Source: Auanema rhodensis | Lineage: Eukaryota; Animalia; Nematoda | Assembly (NCBI GenBank): GCA_964057225.1 | Contig: OZ059900.1 | Span: 26,350,001 to 26,414,000, forward strand | Length of the DNA: 64,000 bases | Reading direction: 5' to 3' | In this document: one piece after another, positions 25,746 through 39,579 of the stretch | Layout: every line of letters begins with the position of its first letter | How positions within the stretch are numbered: the stretch's first letter is position 1 | The notes under the pieces: model-generated | Told to the model about the DNA's origin: nothing | Database searches by the model: none | What the model saw: the letters and a program-made list of their open reading frames with translations, nothing else | Translations under genes and position numbers: made by a program

Positions 25746-26042
25746 AGTTTATGTTATAAACAATTGTAATTATAATAAATGATTTATTTGATATATCGAA
25801 TAATGTAACAATAAAAAAACCAGCAAAATACAAAACAACAATTCAACCTGCAAAAAAAAAAAAATGTAGACTATTCAAATTTTCAAATTCTTACCAGTTG
25901 GTTGATCATTCGTCCTCAATTTATGAGCCATTGATGGATATTCGCAAGAGCTGGAAAAAAAAATGTTACGGCTGAGAATATAAAAATGCCACATAACAAA
26001 ACAAGAATAAAACGCCAATTGTACTATTTGTGCTTGTTGTAG

Positions 26043-26627
26043 TCAAAATGAAGGATCAAAGCGGATAAACATGTTCAGGTTGAGTGCTTCTGGACTTAGT
26101 TTAAAGTAGAATACCTTCTGCTTATAACCAAAAGTCTTTACAGTAGCCTCATCTGCATATATAACAATATAGCCCATATTGTTCAACAACTGCTTGCACG
26201 TCATGGTGTTATAAGAGCGCATCTAAAAAATGATAAAATTGAAAATAAATAAATATGCAAGCTTACATTAATAGAGAAATTTTCGGGCTTATAGTGACGA
26301 AATTCCTTCAAAAGACCCAACGCATCATTCCTTCCTCTACACTTTATACAGAGGCTGAAACAGTGATACTCGTCTATAACCTGCAATGATTCCCTACAAG
26401 TTTTGCAGAGACAAATTGGTCTCATTAATACACTCCTTGGTGGAGTGCTCTCTCTCAGAATCTCCATCTGCTTTATTGGTGAATCTAAATTAAAGATTTA
26501 AAAAATAAAAGTTAAGGTTCATACCAAAACTTGTAAAATTTGGAGCTGGTGTGGGTGGTCGTGGTACTTCAGGTTCAGGCGATTTGCGCACAACATTTGT
26601 CACATCAGCAAATACAGCACGCTTCAT
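26043..26627 (-). CDS. Three-exon Cys-rich hypothetical protein next to the right TIR
   Basis: MKRAVFADVTN...FTSF/DSPIKQ...CLCKTC...CIKC...FSIN/MRSY... joins in frame across two short GT-AG introns. Confidence 0.65.
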
Positions 26628-27122
26628 TTCCGCTAAAGATCCAAGTTTCTAAAATATAAGGCAAACTTGCAGAGAGGAGAAGTCTATGGCGATTGGCAAA
26701 GAGTGGCAGAAGATGGTGAAACGTCGGATCCTCGGATAGTTGGCAGAGCTGAAATGTAAATGTAGCAAAATTGCCAACCTTTTATACAAAGATTTTTGTA
26801 AAGTACAACCCATTGTGTTACAATCAAGTTTGCTGATGAAATTCTTTTATTAATTAGATTTTACAGCATATTTATGCAGATATACTCATCTCATCGACAG
26901 TTGCCAGCAGTTGGCGCACTCTGAACCTGTAAACAATCTGCATATTAATTAGTTTTTACATCTCTTTAAACATTATTGTTTACCGTTTGTGCCATAAACA
27001 ACAGCCATCTCTGTAAAACATTTAGGCTTTTCAAACTTTGCTTAATAGCTCATATATTATTCATAGTATACTTTTACACCCATATTGTAGCACAAAACAT
27101 ATGACTGATAATTTAATGTAAT

Positions 27123-27928
27123 ATAATTTAATGTCATTCTTATCGAATTAACCTTCGATATGTGTTCCATTGAATTTTGGTATTTCATATCGTTCTTATC
27201 GAATTAACTTTCGATATGTGTTCCATTAATTTTTGTATTTCATATCGTTCTTATCGAATTAACTTTCGATATGTGTTCCATTGAATTACCCATAACAAGT
27301 ACGGTGAACAAATTTATCTACATGCAAAAATTTTATTGATCTTCAAAAATACAAATAAAATAGTACAAACACAATACAATAAAAAATAAACAAAATAAGT
27401 AAACAAACATTATTAATAAATATAATAAAGAAATAAAGAAATAAATAAAATTTAAAAACAAATTTATATATTTAAAATTTAAATATAATTTATATATAAA
27501 ATTTAAAGTTTAAATATAATTTATATATATAAAATTTAAATATAATTTGAATATTTAAAGTTTAAATATAATTTATATATATATAAAATTTAAATATAAT
27601 TTAAATATTTAAAATTTTTAATCAATTTAAGATTTTTATTTTTACTTAATATATTTAAAAATAATTAAAAATATATACATACATTTGAAAAAGCATATTT
27701 AAATTTGATTTAAAAAAAATCATGCTTTAAATCATGACTTTTATATTTAAAAAAGGAAAATTCATGAACCATAATCCCAAAATATGATTTTAACAGCTGA
27801 CGCTCAAAAATATGTTTTTGACAGCTGACGCGCCCCAAAAGTATGTTTTTAGCAGCTGATGCCCTCAAAAGTATGTTTTTGACAGCTGTTTGGGGGCGTG
27901 GTTAGTAAATTTTGCACGGCTCTCTAAT
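27123..27928 (-). repeat. Right TIR (type A)
   Basis: Ends ...TTTGCACGGCTCTCTAAT, where a perfect match would end CTACT. It matches TIR A, not TIR B. Confidence 0.93.
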
Positions 27929-30900
27929 GGGATTCTTGTCTCTTTTGTAAATACGGCTAGCAATCAATTGTGGTCTATCTGAATATAAATACACCTTTCA
28001 GAACTTTGATGGAAGTATTTTGATTTAGGCACGTACAATTAATTCCTAAACATCAGAATTTGGAAAATGTACATCATTGAACGTGAACATTGTAGGGGCT
28101 TGCGATTCTGGTATGTTCTATGCACACAACTTACAATCAAATCTGGTGTATCTGGATATAAAAACATCTTTCACAACCTTGATGGAAGTATTTTGATTTA
28201 GGCACGTACAATTAATTCCTAAACATCAGAATTTTGAAATTGTACATCATTGAACGTGAACATTGTAGGGGCTTGGGATTCTGGTATGTTCTATGCACAC
28301 AACTTACAATCAAATCAGGTGTATCTGGATATAAAAACATCTTTCACTACCTTGATGGAAGTATTTTGATTTAGGCACGTAGAATTAATTCCTAAACATC
28401 AGAATTTGGAAAATGTATATCATTGAACGTGAAAATTATAGGGGCTTGCGATTCTGGTTTGTTCTATGCACACAACTTACAATCAAATCTGGTGTATATG
28501 GATATAAATACTGTTCACTCAACATTGATGAAAATATTTTGATTTAGGCGCGTAGAAATATTCTGTGAACATCAGATATTTAAAAATGTATATTATTGAA
28601 CATAAAAATTGTAGGGGCTTGCGATTCTAGTCTCTTTTGTAAATACGGCTTGCAATCAATTGTGGTCTATCTAAATATAAAAACACTTTTCAAAACTTTG
28701 AAAGAAGTATTTTGATTTAGGCACGTAGAATTAATTCCTAAACATCAGAATTTGGAAAATGTATATCATTGAACGTGAACATTGTAGGGGCTTGCGATTC
28801 TGGTATGTTCTATGCACACAACTTACAATCAAATCTGGTGTATCTGGATATAAAAACATCTTTCACTACCTTGATGGAAGTATTTTGATTTAAGCACGTA
28901 GAATTAATTCCTAAACATCAGAATTTGGAAAATGTATATCATTGAACGTGAACATTGTAGGGGCTTGCGATTCTGGTATGTTCTATGCACACAACTTACA
29001 ATCAAATCTGGTGTATCTGGATATAAAAACATCTTTCACAACCTTGATGGAAGTATTTTGATTTAGGCACGTACAATTAATTCCTAAACATCAGAATTTT
29101 GAAATTGTACATCATTGAACGTGAACATTGTAGGGGCTTGGGATTCTGGTATGTTCTATGCACACAACTTACAATCAAATCAGGTGTATCTGGATATAAA
29201 AACATCTTTCACTACCTTGATGGAAGTATTTTGATTTAGGCACGTAGAATTAATTCCTAAACATCAGAATTTGGAAAATGTATATCATTGAACGTGAAAA
29301 TTATAGGGGCTTGCGATTCTGGTTTGTTCTATGCACACAACTTACAATCAAATCTGGTGTATATGGATATAAATACTGTTCACTCAACATTGATGAAAAT
29401 ATTTTGATTTAGGCGCGTAGAAATATTCTGTGAACATCAGATATTTAAAAATGTATATTATTGAACATAAAAATTGTAGGGGCTTGCGATTCTAGTCTCT
29501 TTTGTAAATACGGCTTGCAATCAATTGTGGTCTATCTAAATATAAAAACACTTTTCAAAACTTTGAAAGAAGTATTTTGATTTAGGCACGTAGAATTAAT
29601 TCCTAAACATCAGAATTTGGAAAATGTATATCATTGAACGTGAACATTGTAGGGGCTTGCGATTCTGGTATGTTCTATGCACACAACTTACAATCAAATC
29701 TGGTGTATCTGGATATAAAAACATCTTTCACTACCTTGATGGAAGTATTTTGATTTAAGCACGTAGAATTAATTCCTAAACATCAGAATTTGGAAAATGT
29801 ATATCATTGAACGTGAAAATTGTAGGGGCTTGCGATTCTGGTATGTTCTATGCACACAACTTACAATCAAATCAGGTGTATCTGGATATAGATACTGTTC
29901 ACTCAACATTGATGAAAATATTTTGATTTAGGCGCGTAGAAATATTGTGTGAACATCAGATATTTAAAAATGTACATTATTGAACATAAAAATTGTAGGG
30001 GCTTGCGATTCTAGTCTCTTTTGTAAATACGGCTTGCAATCAATTGTGAACTATCTAAATATAAAAACACTTTTCAAAACTTTGATAGAAGTATTTTGAT
30101 TTAGGCACGTAGAATTAATTCCTAAACATCAGAATTTGGAAAATGTATATCATTGAACGTGAACATTGTAGGGGCTTGCGATTCTGGTAAGTTCTATGCA
30201 CACAACTTACAATCAAATCTGGTGTATCTGGATATAAAAACATCTTTCACAACCTTGATGGAAGTATTTTGATTTAGGCACGTAGAATTAAATTCTAAAC
30301 ATCAGAATTTGGAAAATGTATATCATTGAACGTGAAAATTGTAGGGGCTTGCGATTCTGGTATGTTCTATGCACACAACTTACAATCAAATCTGGTGTAT
30401 CTGGATATAAAAACATCTTTCACTACCTTGATGGAAGTATTTTGATTTAGGCACGTAGAATTAATTTCTAAACATCAGAATTTGGAAAATGTATATCATT
30501 GAACGTGAAAATTGTAGGGGCTTGCGATTCTGGTATGTTCTATGCACACAACTCACAATCAAATCTGGTGTATCTGGATATAAAAACATCTTTCACTACC
30601 TTGATGGAAGTATTTTGATTTAGGCACGTAGAATTAATTTCTAAACATCAGAATTTGAAAAATGTATATCATTGAACGTGAAAATTGTAGGGGCTTGCGA
30701 TTCTGGTATGTTCTATGCACACAACTTACAATCAAATCTGGTGTATCTGGATATAAAAACATCTTTCACTACCTTGATGGAAGTATTTTGATTTAAGCAC
30801 GTAGAATTAATTCCTAAACATCAGAATTTGGAAAATGTATATCATTGAACGTGAAAATTGTAGGGGCTTGCGATTCTGGTATGTTCTATGCACACAACTT

Positions 30901-33900
30901 ACAATCAAATCAGGTGTATCTGGATATAGATACTGTTCACTCAACATTGATGAAAATATTTCGATTTTGGCGCGTAGAAATATTGTGTGAACATCAGATA
31001 TTTAAAAATGTACATTATTGAACATAAAAATTGTAGGGGCTTGCGATTCTAGTCTCTTTTGTAAATACGGCTTGCAATCAATTGTGAACTATCTAAATAT
31101 AAAAACACTTTTCAAAACTTTGATAGAAGTATTTTGATTAAGGCACGTAGAATTAATTCCTAAACATCAGAATTTGGAAAATGTATAGCATTGAACGTGA
31201 ACATTGTAGGGGCTTGCGATTCTGGTATGTTCTATGCACACAACTTACAATCAAATCTGGTGTATTTGGATATAAAAACATCTTTCACTACCTTGATGCA
31301 AGTATTTTGATTTAGGCACGTAGAATTAATTCCTAAACATCAGAATTTGGAAAATGTATATCATTGAACGTGAAAATTGTAGGGGCTTGCGATTCTGGTA
31401 TGTTCTATGCACACAACTTACAATCAAATCAGGTGTATCTGGATATAGATACTGTTCACTCAACATTGATGAAAATATTTCGATTTAGGCGCGTAGAAAT
31501 ATTGTGTGAACATCAGATATTTAAAAATGTACATTATTGAACATAAAAATTGTAGGGGCTTGCGATTCTAGTCTCTTTTGTAAATACGGCTTGCAATCAA
31601 TTGTGAACTATCTAAATATAAAAACACTTTTCAAAACTTTGATAGAAGTATTTTGATTAAGGCACGTAGAATTAATTCCTAAACATCAGAATTTGGAAAA
31701 TGTATATCATTGAACGTGAAAATTGTAGGGGCTTGCGATTCTGGTATGTTCTATGCACACAACTTACAATCAAATCTGGTGTATATGGATATAAATACTG
31801 TTCACTCAACATTGATGAAAATATTTTGATTTAGGCGCGTAGAATTAATTCCTAAACATCAGAATTAGGAAAATGTATATCATTGAACGTGAACATTGTA
31901 GGGGCTTGCGATTCTGGTATGTTCTATGCACACAACTTACAATCAGATCTGGTGTATCTGGATATGAAAACATCTTTCACAACCTTGATGGAAGTATTTT
32001 GATTTAGGCACGTAGAATTAATTTCTTAACATCAGAATTTGGAAAATGTATATCATTGAACGTGAAAATTGTAGGGGCTTGCGATTCTGGTATGTTCTAT
32101 GCACACAACTTACAATCAAATGTGGTGTATATGGATATAAATACTGTTCACTCAACATTGATGAAAATATTTTGATTTAGGCGCGTAGAAATATTCTGTG
32201 AACATCAGATATTTAAAAATGTACATTTTTGAACATAAAAATTGTAGGGGCTTGCGATTCTAGTCTCTTTTGTAAATACGGCTTGCAATCAATTGTGGTC
32301 TATCTAAATATAAAAACACTTTTCAAAACTTTGATAGAAGTATTTTGATTTATGCACGTAGAATTAATTCCTAAACATCAGAATTTGGAAAATGTATATC
32401 ATTGAACGTGAACATTGTAGGGGCTTGCGATTCTGGTATGTTCTATGCACACAACTCACAATCAAATCTGGTGTATCTGGATATAGATACTGTTCACTCA
32501 ACATTGATGAAAATATTTCGATTTAGGCGCGTAGAAATATTGTGTGAACATCAGATATTTAAAAATGTACATTATTGAACATAAAAATTGTAGGGGCTTG
32601 CGATTCTAGTCTCTTTTGTAAATACGGCTTGCAATCAATTGTGGTCTATCTAAATATAAAAACACTTTTCAAAACTTTGATAGAAGTATTTTGATTTATG
32701 CACGTAGAATTAATTCCTAAACATCAGAATTTGGAAAATGTATATCATTGAACGTGAACATTGTAGGGGCTTGCGATTCTGGTATGTTCTATGCACACAA
32801 CTCACAATCAAATCTGGTGTATCTGGATATAAAAACATCTTTCACTACCTTGATGGAAGTATTTTGATTTAGGCACGTAGAATTATTTTCTAAACATCAG
32901 AATTTGAAAAATGTATATCATTGAACGTGAACATTGTAGGGGCTTGCGATTCTGGTATGTTCTATGCACACAACTTACAATCAAATCTGGTGTATCTGGA
33001 TATAAAAACATCTTTCCCTACCTTGATGGAAATATTTTGATTTAGGCACGTAGAATTAATTCCTAAACATCAGAATTTGGTAAATGTATATCATTGAACG
33101 TGAAAATTGTAGGGGCTTGCGATTCTGGTATGTTCTATGCACACAACTTACAATCAAATCTGGTGTATATGGATATGAATACTGTTCACTCAACATTGAT
33201 GAAAATATTTTGATTTAGGCGCGTAGAAATATCCTGTGAACATCAGATATTTAAAAATCTACATTATTGAACATAAAAATTGTAGGGGCTTGCGATTCTG
33301 GTATGTTCTATGCACACAACTTACAATCAAATCTGGTGTATCTGGATATAAAAACATCTTTCACTACCTTGATGGAAGTATTTTGATTTAGGCACGTAGA
33401 ATTAATTTCTAAACATCAGAATTTGGAAAATGTACATCATTGAACGTGAAAATTGTAGGGGCTTGCGATTCTGGTATGTTCTATGCACACAACTTACAAT
33501 CAAATCTGGTGTATCTGGATATAAAAACATCTTTCACTACCTTGATGGAAGTATTTTGATTTAGGCACGTAGAATTAATTTCTAAACATCAGAATTTGGA
33601 AAATGTATATCTTTGAACGTGAAAATTGTAGGGGCTTGCGATTCTGGTATGTTCTATGCACACAACTCACAATCAAATCTGGTGTATCTGGATATAAAAA
33701 CATCTTTCACTACCTTGATGGAAGTATTTTGATTTAGGCACGTAGAATTAATTCCTAAACATCAGAATTTAAAAAATGTATATCATTGAACGTGAACATT
33801 GTAGGGGCTTGCGATTCTGGTATGTTCTATGCACACAACTTACAATCAAATCTGGTGTATCTGGATATAAAAACATCTTTCACTACCTTGATGGAAGCAT

Positions 33901-35193
33901 TTTGATTTAGGCACGTAGAATTAATTTCTAAACATCAGAATTTGGAAAATGTATATCATTGAACGTGAAAATTGTAGGGGCTTGCGATTCTGGTATGTTC
34001 TATGCACACAACTTACAATCAAATCTGGTGTATCTGGATATAAAAACATCTTTCACTACCTTGATGGAAGTATTTTGATTTAGGCACGTAGAATTAATTT
34101 CTAAACATCAGAATTTGGAAAATGTATATCATTGAACGTGAAAATTGTAGGGGCTTGCGATTCTGGTATGTTCTATGCACACAACTTACAATCAAATGTG
34201 GTGTATATGGATATAAATACTGTTCACTCAACATTGATGAAAATATTTTGATTTAGGCGCGTAGAAATATTCTGTGAACATCAGATATTTAAAAATGTAC
34301 ATTTTTGAACATAAAAATTGTAGGGGCTTGCGATTCTAGTCTCTTTTGTAAATACGGCTTGCAATCAATTGTGGTCTATTTAAATATAAAAACACTTTTC
34401 AAAACTTTGATAGAAGTATTTTGATTTAGGCACGTAGAATTAATTCCTAAACATCAGAATTTGGAAAATGTATATCATTGAACGTGAACATTGTAGGGGC
34501 TTGCGATTCTGGTAAGTTCTATGCACACAACTTACAATCAAATCTGGTGTATCTGGATATAAAAACATCTTTCACAACCTTGATGGAAGTATTTTGATTT
34601 AGGCACGTAGAATTAAATTCTAAACATCAGAATTTGGAAAATGTATATCATTGAACGTGAAAATTGTAGGGGCTTGCGATTCTGGTATGTTCTATGCACA
34701 CAACTTACAATCAAATCTGGTGTATCTGGATATAAAAACATCTTTCACTACCTTGATGGAAGTATTTTGATTTAGGCACGTAGAATTAATTTCTAAACAT
34801 CAGAATTTGGAAAATGTATATCATTGAACGTGAAAATTGTAGGGGCTTGCAATTCTGGTATGTTCTATGCACACAACTTACAATTAATTCTGGTGTATCT
34901 GGATATAAAAACATCTTTCACTACCTTGATGGAAGTATTTTGATTAAGGCACGTAGAATTAATTCCTAAACATCAGAATTTGGAAAATGTATAGCATTGA
35001 ACGTGAACATTGTGGGGGCTTGCGATTCTGGTATGTTCTATGCACACAACTTACAATCAAATCTGGTGTATTTGGATATAAAAACATCTTTCACTACCTT
35101 GATGGAAGTATTTTGATTTAGGCACGTAGAATTAATTCCTAAACATCAGAATTTGGAAAATGTATATCATTGAACGTGAAAATTGTAGGGGCT
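27929..35193 (+). repeat. 173-bp satellite, ~42 monomers, with variant monomer types and local higher-order structure
   Basis: GGAAGTATTTTG at 28011, 28184 and 28357. A variant block recurs at an offset of about 865 bp (5 monomers). Confidence 0.95.
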
Positions 35194-35229
35194 AATTATA
35201 ATTATAAACCTGTCTTTATGACTTAAGTT

Positions 35230-35930
35230 AGTTTATACCGTTTTATCTATGGTTTCTGAAAGGAACAGCTCGTCTTCTAAGAAAGCAAATATTATGTTGT
35301 TGTTTTTTTTTAAACAAGGACAATCGCATATAGTTTCCAAAACAATCTGTAAAAATTTCAATTATTTTTCAATCGTTTGAGATACACTCACCCACAACAA
35401 TAAAATTTCTCTTATATCAATTGGAAGTTTTTTCAACGTTTCATAAAATGTGAGAAGATTGATTTTTTCTTCATTGGAGAGAAATGGGTTACAAACAATG
35501 TCTTTCTGCAAATGATTCCAGAATGAATAGTGGATTTAAGTTCTGAATTAAATTTTTTTCTCACCTTCACTATGTACATTTTCATCAAAATATCAGGTAG
35601 TTCTTTAAAGTTTTGAAGAACTTCTTTATGTATACTGCCGTATTTTAAAAGTATAGAGCTACAAGGAACAATAGCTAAATTGTCTCCATCATTCCATTGC
35701 AATAACTTGCTTATTCTGTCGAAGCTATTTTTCTGTGTTAATGCCTAATTTTGAAAAAAAATTTCTGAATATAATTTGAACAGAACCCACATATCGATCT
35801 TCCATGTTTTCAAATACTCTCAAAGTAGGACAAACAGCAGACATCATCTGGCAGCGGTAACAAAATCTGTCAAAAGCTGAAACTGAACAATACAAATTAA
35901 CTCACAGATTTTAAGTTACGGATACCAAAT
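35230..35930 (-). pseudogene. Spliced gene of unknown function, decayed (mirror copy ~58800-59700 +)
   Basis: Exon-like frames (LQWNDGDNL...MYIVK) bounded by GT/TTTCAG sites, with in-frame stops. Confidence 0.45.
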
Positions 35931-37408
35931 AAGAGTTGAACAAAACAGAATACATTGTCATCTTAACAACACGTGATAAAATGATAAAACAAAGTTTTTC
36001 AAATAACAAAATTCTTATATGAACAGTAAGAGAGTTTGAACAACTCAAAATTTTTCAATCTTTTTTTGATTATGCTAAACGCAATAATAATAAATGAATA
36101 TCATGTCACTTATCGGCAAATATAAATATCCAGTTGTTTTCATCTTTAATCAACAAAATTTACAAACAGAAAATATTCTCGAAAACAAAAAAGATTGCTA
36201 TAAGCAGAGTTGTGGCGGCATACATCAAATACTCTCATACTAAAATGAGACATGTGTCAGAAACAAATGCATGATACACTTGGGGTGCAATTGATTCTTC
36301 TGAAGCGTTTGCGTACATGCATTATGAATTAATAAACTTGACAATTTTACAATCTATTTACAATTTTCCATAAATCATTATCTTAACAGACAGTTCAATA
36401 AATGGTATAAAAGAGAAAATTCCAAAGCCAAAGAAAAAAAAATTAAAACAAACCACATTGTTCTCATTTTTTCCACAACATGGAAAATACAGGACGCTTC
36501 ATAAATGGAGTTTCTCAAGTGATAAAATAATAAAACAAAGTTTTTCAAATAACAAAATTCTTATATGAACAGTAAGAGAGTTTGAACAACTCAAAATTTT
36601 TTAATCTTTTTTTGATTATGCTAAACGCAATAATAATAAATGAATATCATGTCACTTATCGGCAAAACTTGTTGATTGTCATAGAATTTTTATGTAAGTG
36701 ACTTTTCGATCTGAACAATTTTTTCAAAAGCTAATAGATCGATAATTATTTAAAATTATTTATGATTTAAAACAGCAGTGCAATCAATTAATGGAAGATT
36801 TTTCGCAATCGAAAGTTCATTCAATTACATTAATTGGTGGAAGAGTTTCTTCCATGAAAAGCCTTTTTTCAAAAATGGTCTTTCTCATTTAGGAAAACCA
36901 AATATTCATAACTGGAATTTTGCTTGTATACATTCGTGAAAAATATCCATTCGTAAAGTTTTAAATAATAAATGAAATGCAAATATGAAAACAGAAATTG
37001 TTGTAGCGAATATAAAACATAAATTATGGAAAAGCAAATATTAAAAATTTATAAATATCCAGTTGTTTTCATCTTTAATCAACAAAATCTACAAACAGAA
37101 AATATTCTCGAAATTAAAAAAGATTGCTATAAGCAGAGTTGTGGCGGCATACATCAAATACTCTCATACTAAAATGAGACATGTGTCAGAAACAAATGCA
37201 TGATACACTTGGGGTGCAATTGATTCTTTTGAAGCGTTTGCGTACATGCATTATGAATTAATAAACTTGACAATTTTACAATCTATTTACAATTTTCCAT
37301 AAATCATTATCTTAACAGACAGTTCAATAAATGGTATAAAAGAGAAAATTCCAAAGCCAAAGAAAAAAAAATTAAAACAAACCACATTGTTCTCATTTTT
37401 TCCACAAC

Positions 37409-38850
37409 ATGGAAAATACAGGACGCTTCATAAATGGAGTTTCTCAAACTGCTCAATATGATTTTCTAGATCGGGCAGCGGACAAAGATGCTGAATATGT
37501 ATCACATTCTGTGAGTTTTAAAACATTTTTACGCATAGGTTTCTACAATTTCAGACTGAATTCAATGATACAATAGTTGGTAATGAACAATTTTTCGAAA
37601 CTTCAATTGAGGGAAATGTTGCAGAGGAATTAGAGGAAAACCCATCAAACCAAAAAGTAAGCATTGTGTTCAAGAAATTTAAAATGTAAAAATTTTGTTT
37701 TCAGATGAATGAAATCGCATTATATCACGAACAGAAAAATAAAAATATTTCAGAAAAACTTATGTTGCAAAATGAAGACAGTAGTTATAGGATTGATGAA
37801 ATGAAAATTGTTTGCAGAAATGCAATTACCAGCTTTTTCGCTGATAGAATTTCAGCAAATGGCGAATCGGCACCAACCCACTCAGGAATCAACAACTATA
37901 ATATTGTAAAAGTTGTAGAGGAAAAAGATTATTTGGAGAAACTAATCGAAAACGAACAATTTATGGATTTTGACAATTCGAACAATGTCGACTGGTTAAA
38001 CGCACCAATCAAAACAATTATTAAAGAGGTGAAACATTTAGGCTTGATATTTAAAACTTTTTCTGTAGATAAACGCCACGAAGGAACCGTCAAATTTCGA
38101 TGTGATGATAAGTGTTTTCTGTTTAATTCAGTTCACAACAACACTACAAATGAACAGGTTTGGAAAATGGTTAAAATTCTGTTTTTCAGAACAACAATGT
38201 GACCATGTTGTGAACGTCAATTCGTTCAAAATACGGGCAATTGAATGCGGTTTTCCCAAAAATTGCGATAATACAGTACATGTAAGTTATCACAATCTTT
38301 TCCTGAATGCTTATCCATTTTTCTATTTCCAGATAATTTTGCATTTTGAATCTATCACAAAAAGAAAAGTGATATCCTCGTTTTTCAATCATCTCTTGAA
38401 TGTGAACAAAAATGAAGAAGAAACAATGATCAAACTGACACCCATTCAGTGTCAAAGAGAACTTCAAAGAATGAGAAAATTAATGGCGGAAGATGTCATC
38501 AGCTATCAAGGTTTTTTAATTTCAAAAATATTACTGATTAACAAAAATATGAAACATTTTAGGAACTGTAATAAACAACATATCTCTTCATTATCTCTAT
38601 ATAATGGAAAACGAAATACAAAAAAACAGCTGGAAGTTGACGGTAAGTAATAAGTTTTTCGAGCAATATTATTTTTTTAGAACTGCATGGAATTGCGTTA
38701 CGATGTAGCTATGCGGCATCAATCACAATTAAAACACTTAATATCCCCTGTTGACGATGCTGAATGTGATAGAAAGGATGTACGAGTATATATACTCTAC
38801 GGAGATTCTGAAGCAGGCAAATCTTATTTTGCTGAGAAATATCTCGGTAT
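37409..38850 (+). pseudogene. Intron-containing CRESS-Rep-like SF3 helicase gene, paralog 1, truncated after Walker A
   Basis: About 7 exons from ATG 37409 to RVYILYGDSEAGKSYFA. The 3' exons present in the mirror copy are deleted here. Confidence 0.78.
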
Positions 38851-39579
38851 GAATTTTGAATTATGTTTCATCGCGGAAGAAATTCTTCCATCTGAAAATG
38901 TAGATTAAAAAAACTGTTGTGCAGCAGAACTTTGTGATTATTTCAAGAAAATTATTTGAAAACTAAAGAAAGCAGAATTTATAAATATTGGAGAAATTCT
39001 TCCATAATTTCCATGATTCTTGTTTCATCATATACTATATTCAGTTTTCCCGAAAAAGATAAAAAGAAAATTCTACCTATATAAAAAGGTAAATGATTTT
39101 TTTTTCTAATTTACTTTGACTATATATACACATGTTTATATGTGAGATTTGTTTTAACTAGTTCATGTATACAAACCCAATCTTTTTTCAAAGATGTCCT
39201 TTTTACATTTTTTCAACAAAGAAAAATGATTAGCTGTTTTTCATCAATATCAATTTTAAATTCATAGTTATTGCTTTACAAAAAAGTATATTTAGGTTTT
39301 TCTAAATAAAGGTGAAAATCAATTTCTTCGATCAACTTATTTTTGAAAACCTTTTGCTTCTGGCATAGTATTCAAAAAATACGGACATCATTGTCAGCCG
39401 ATAGCAAAATGTTAACTTACTAGCATCATAAATGCAATAAACTATCCAATCTTTTACCGCTTTGCCACCCTGGGCTATAAGAATTTGATAGTCAGAGTAT
39501 ATATAAATAGACATACATCTTTTTTTCTTGTATTTTTTTTAGTCTAACATTAATTACTTTGTTATTTGGATATTTTCCA

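Larger units (their letters stand above)
6283..27928 (+). mobile_element. Maverick/Polinton (composite, non-autonomous)
   Basis: AGTAG... terminus, ~0.8-kb TIRs, pPolB, major and minor capsid, adenain-like protease, packaging ATPase and an integrase remnant. Confidence 0.96.

Noticed and set aside
19961-27122. Fusogen or toxin cargo gene of nematode Mavericks
   Set aside because: No long glycoprotein-like or second protease ORF is visible.
6283-27928. Prophage, linear plasmid or adenovirus
   Set aside because: Spliceosomal introns, AGTAG TIRs and the gene set with an integrase remnant fit Maverick/Polinton.
27929-35193. Tandem 5S, SL or tRNA gene array
   Set aside because: No recognisable SL1, 5S or tRNA sequence; the monomers behave as satellite variants.
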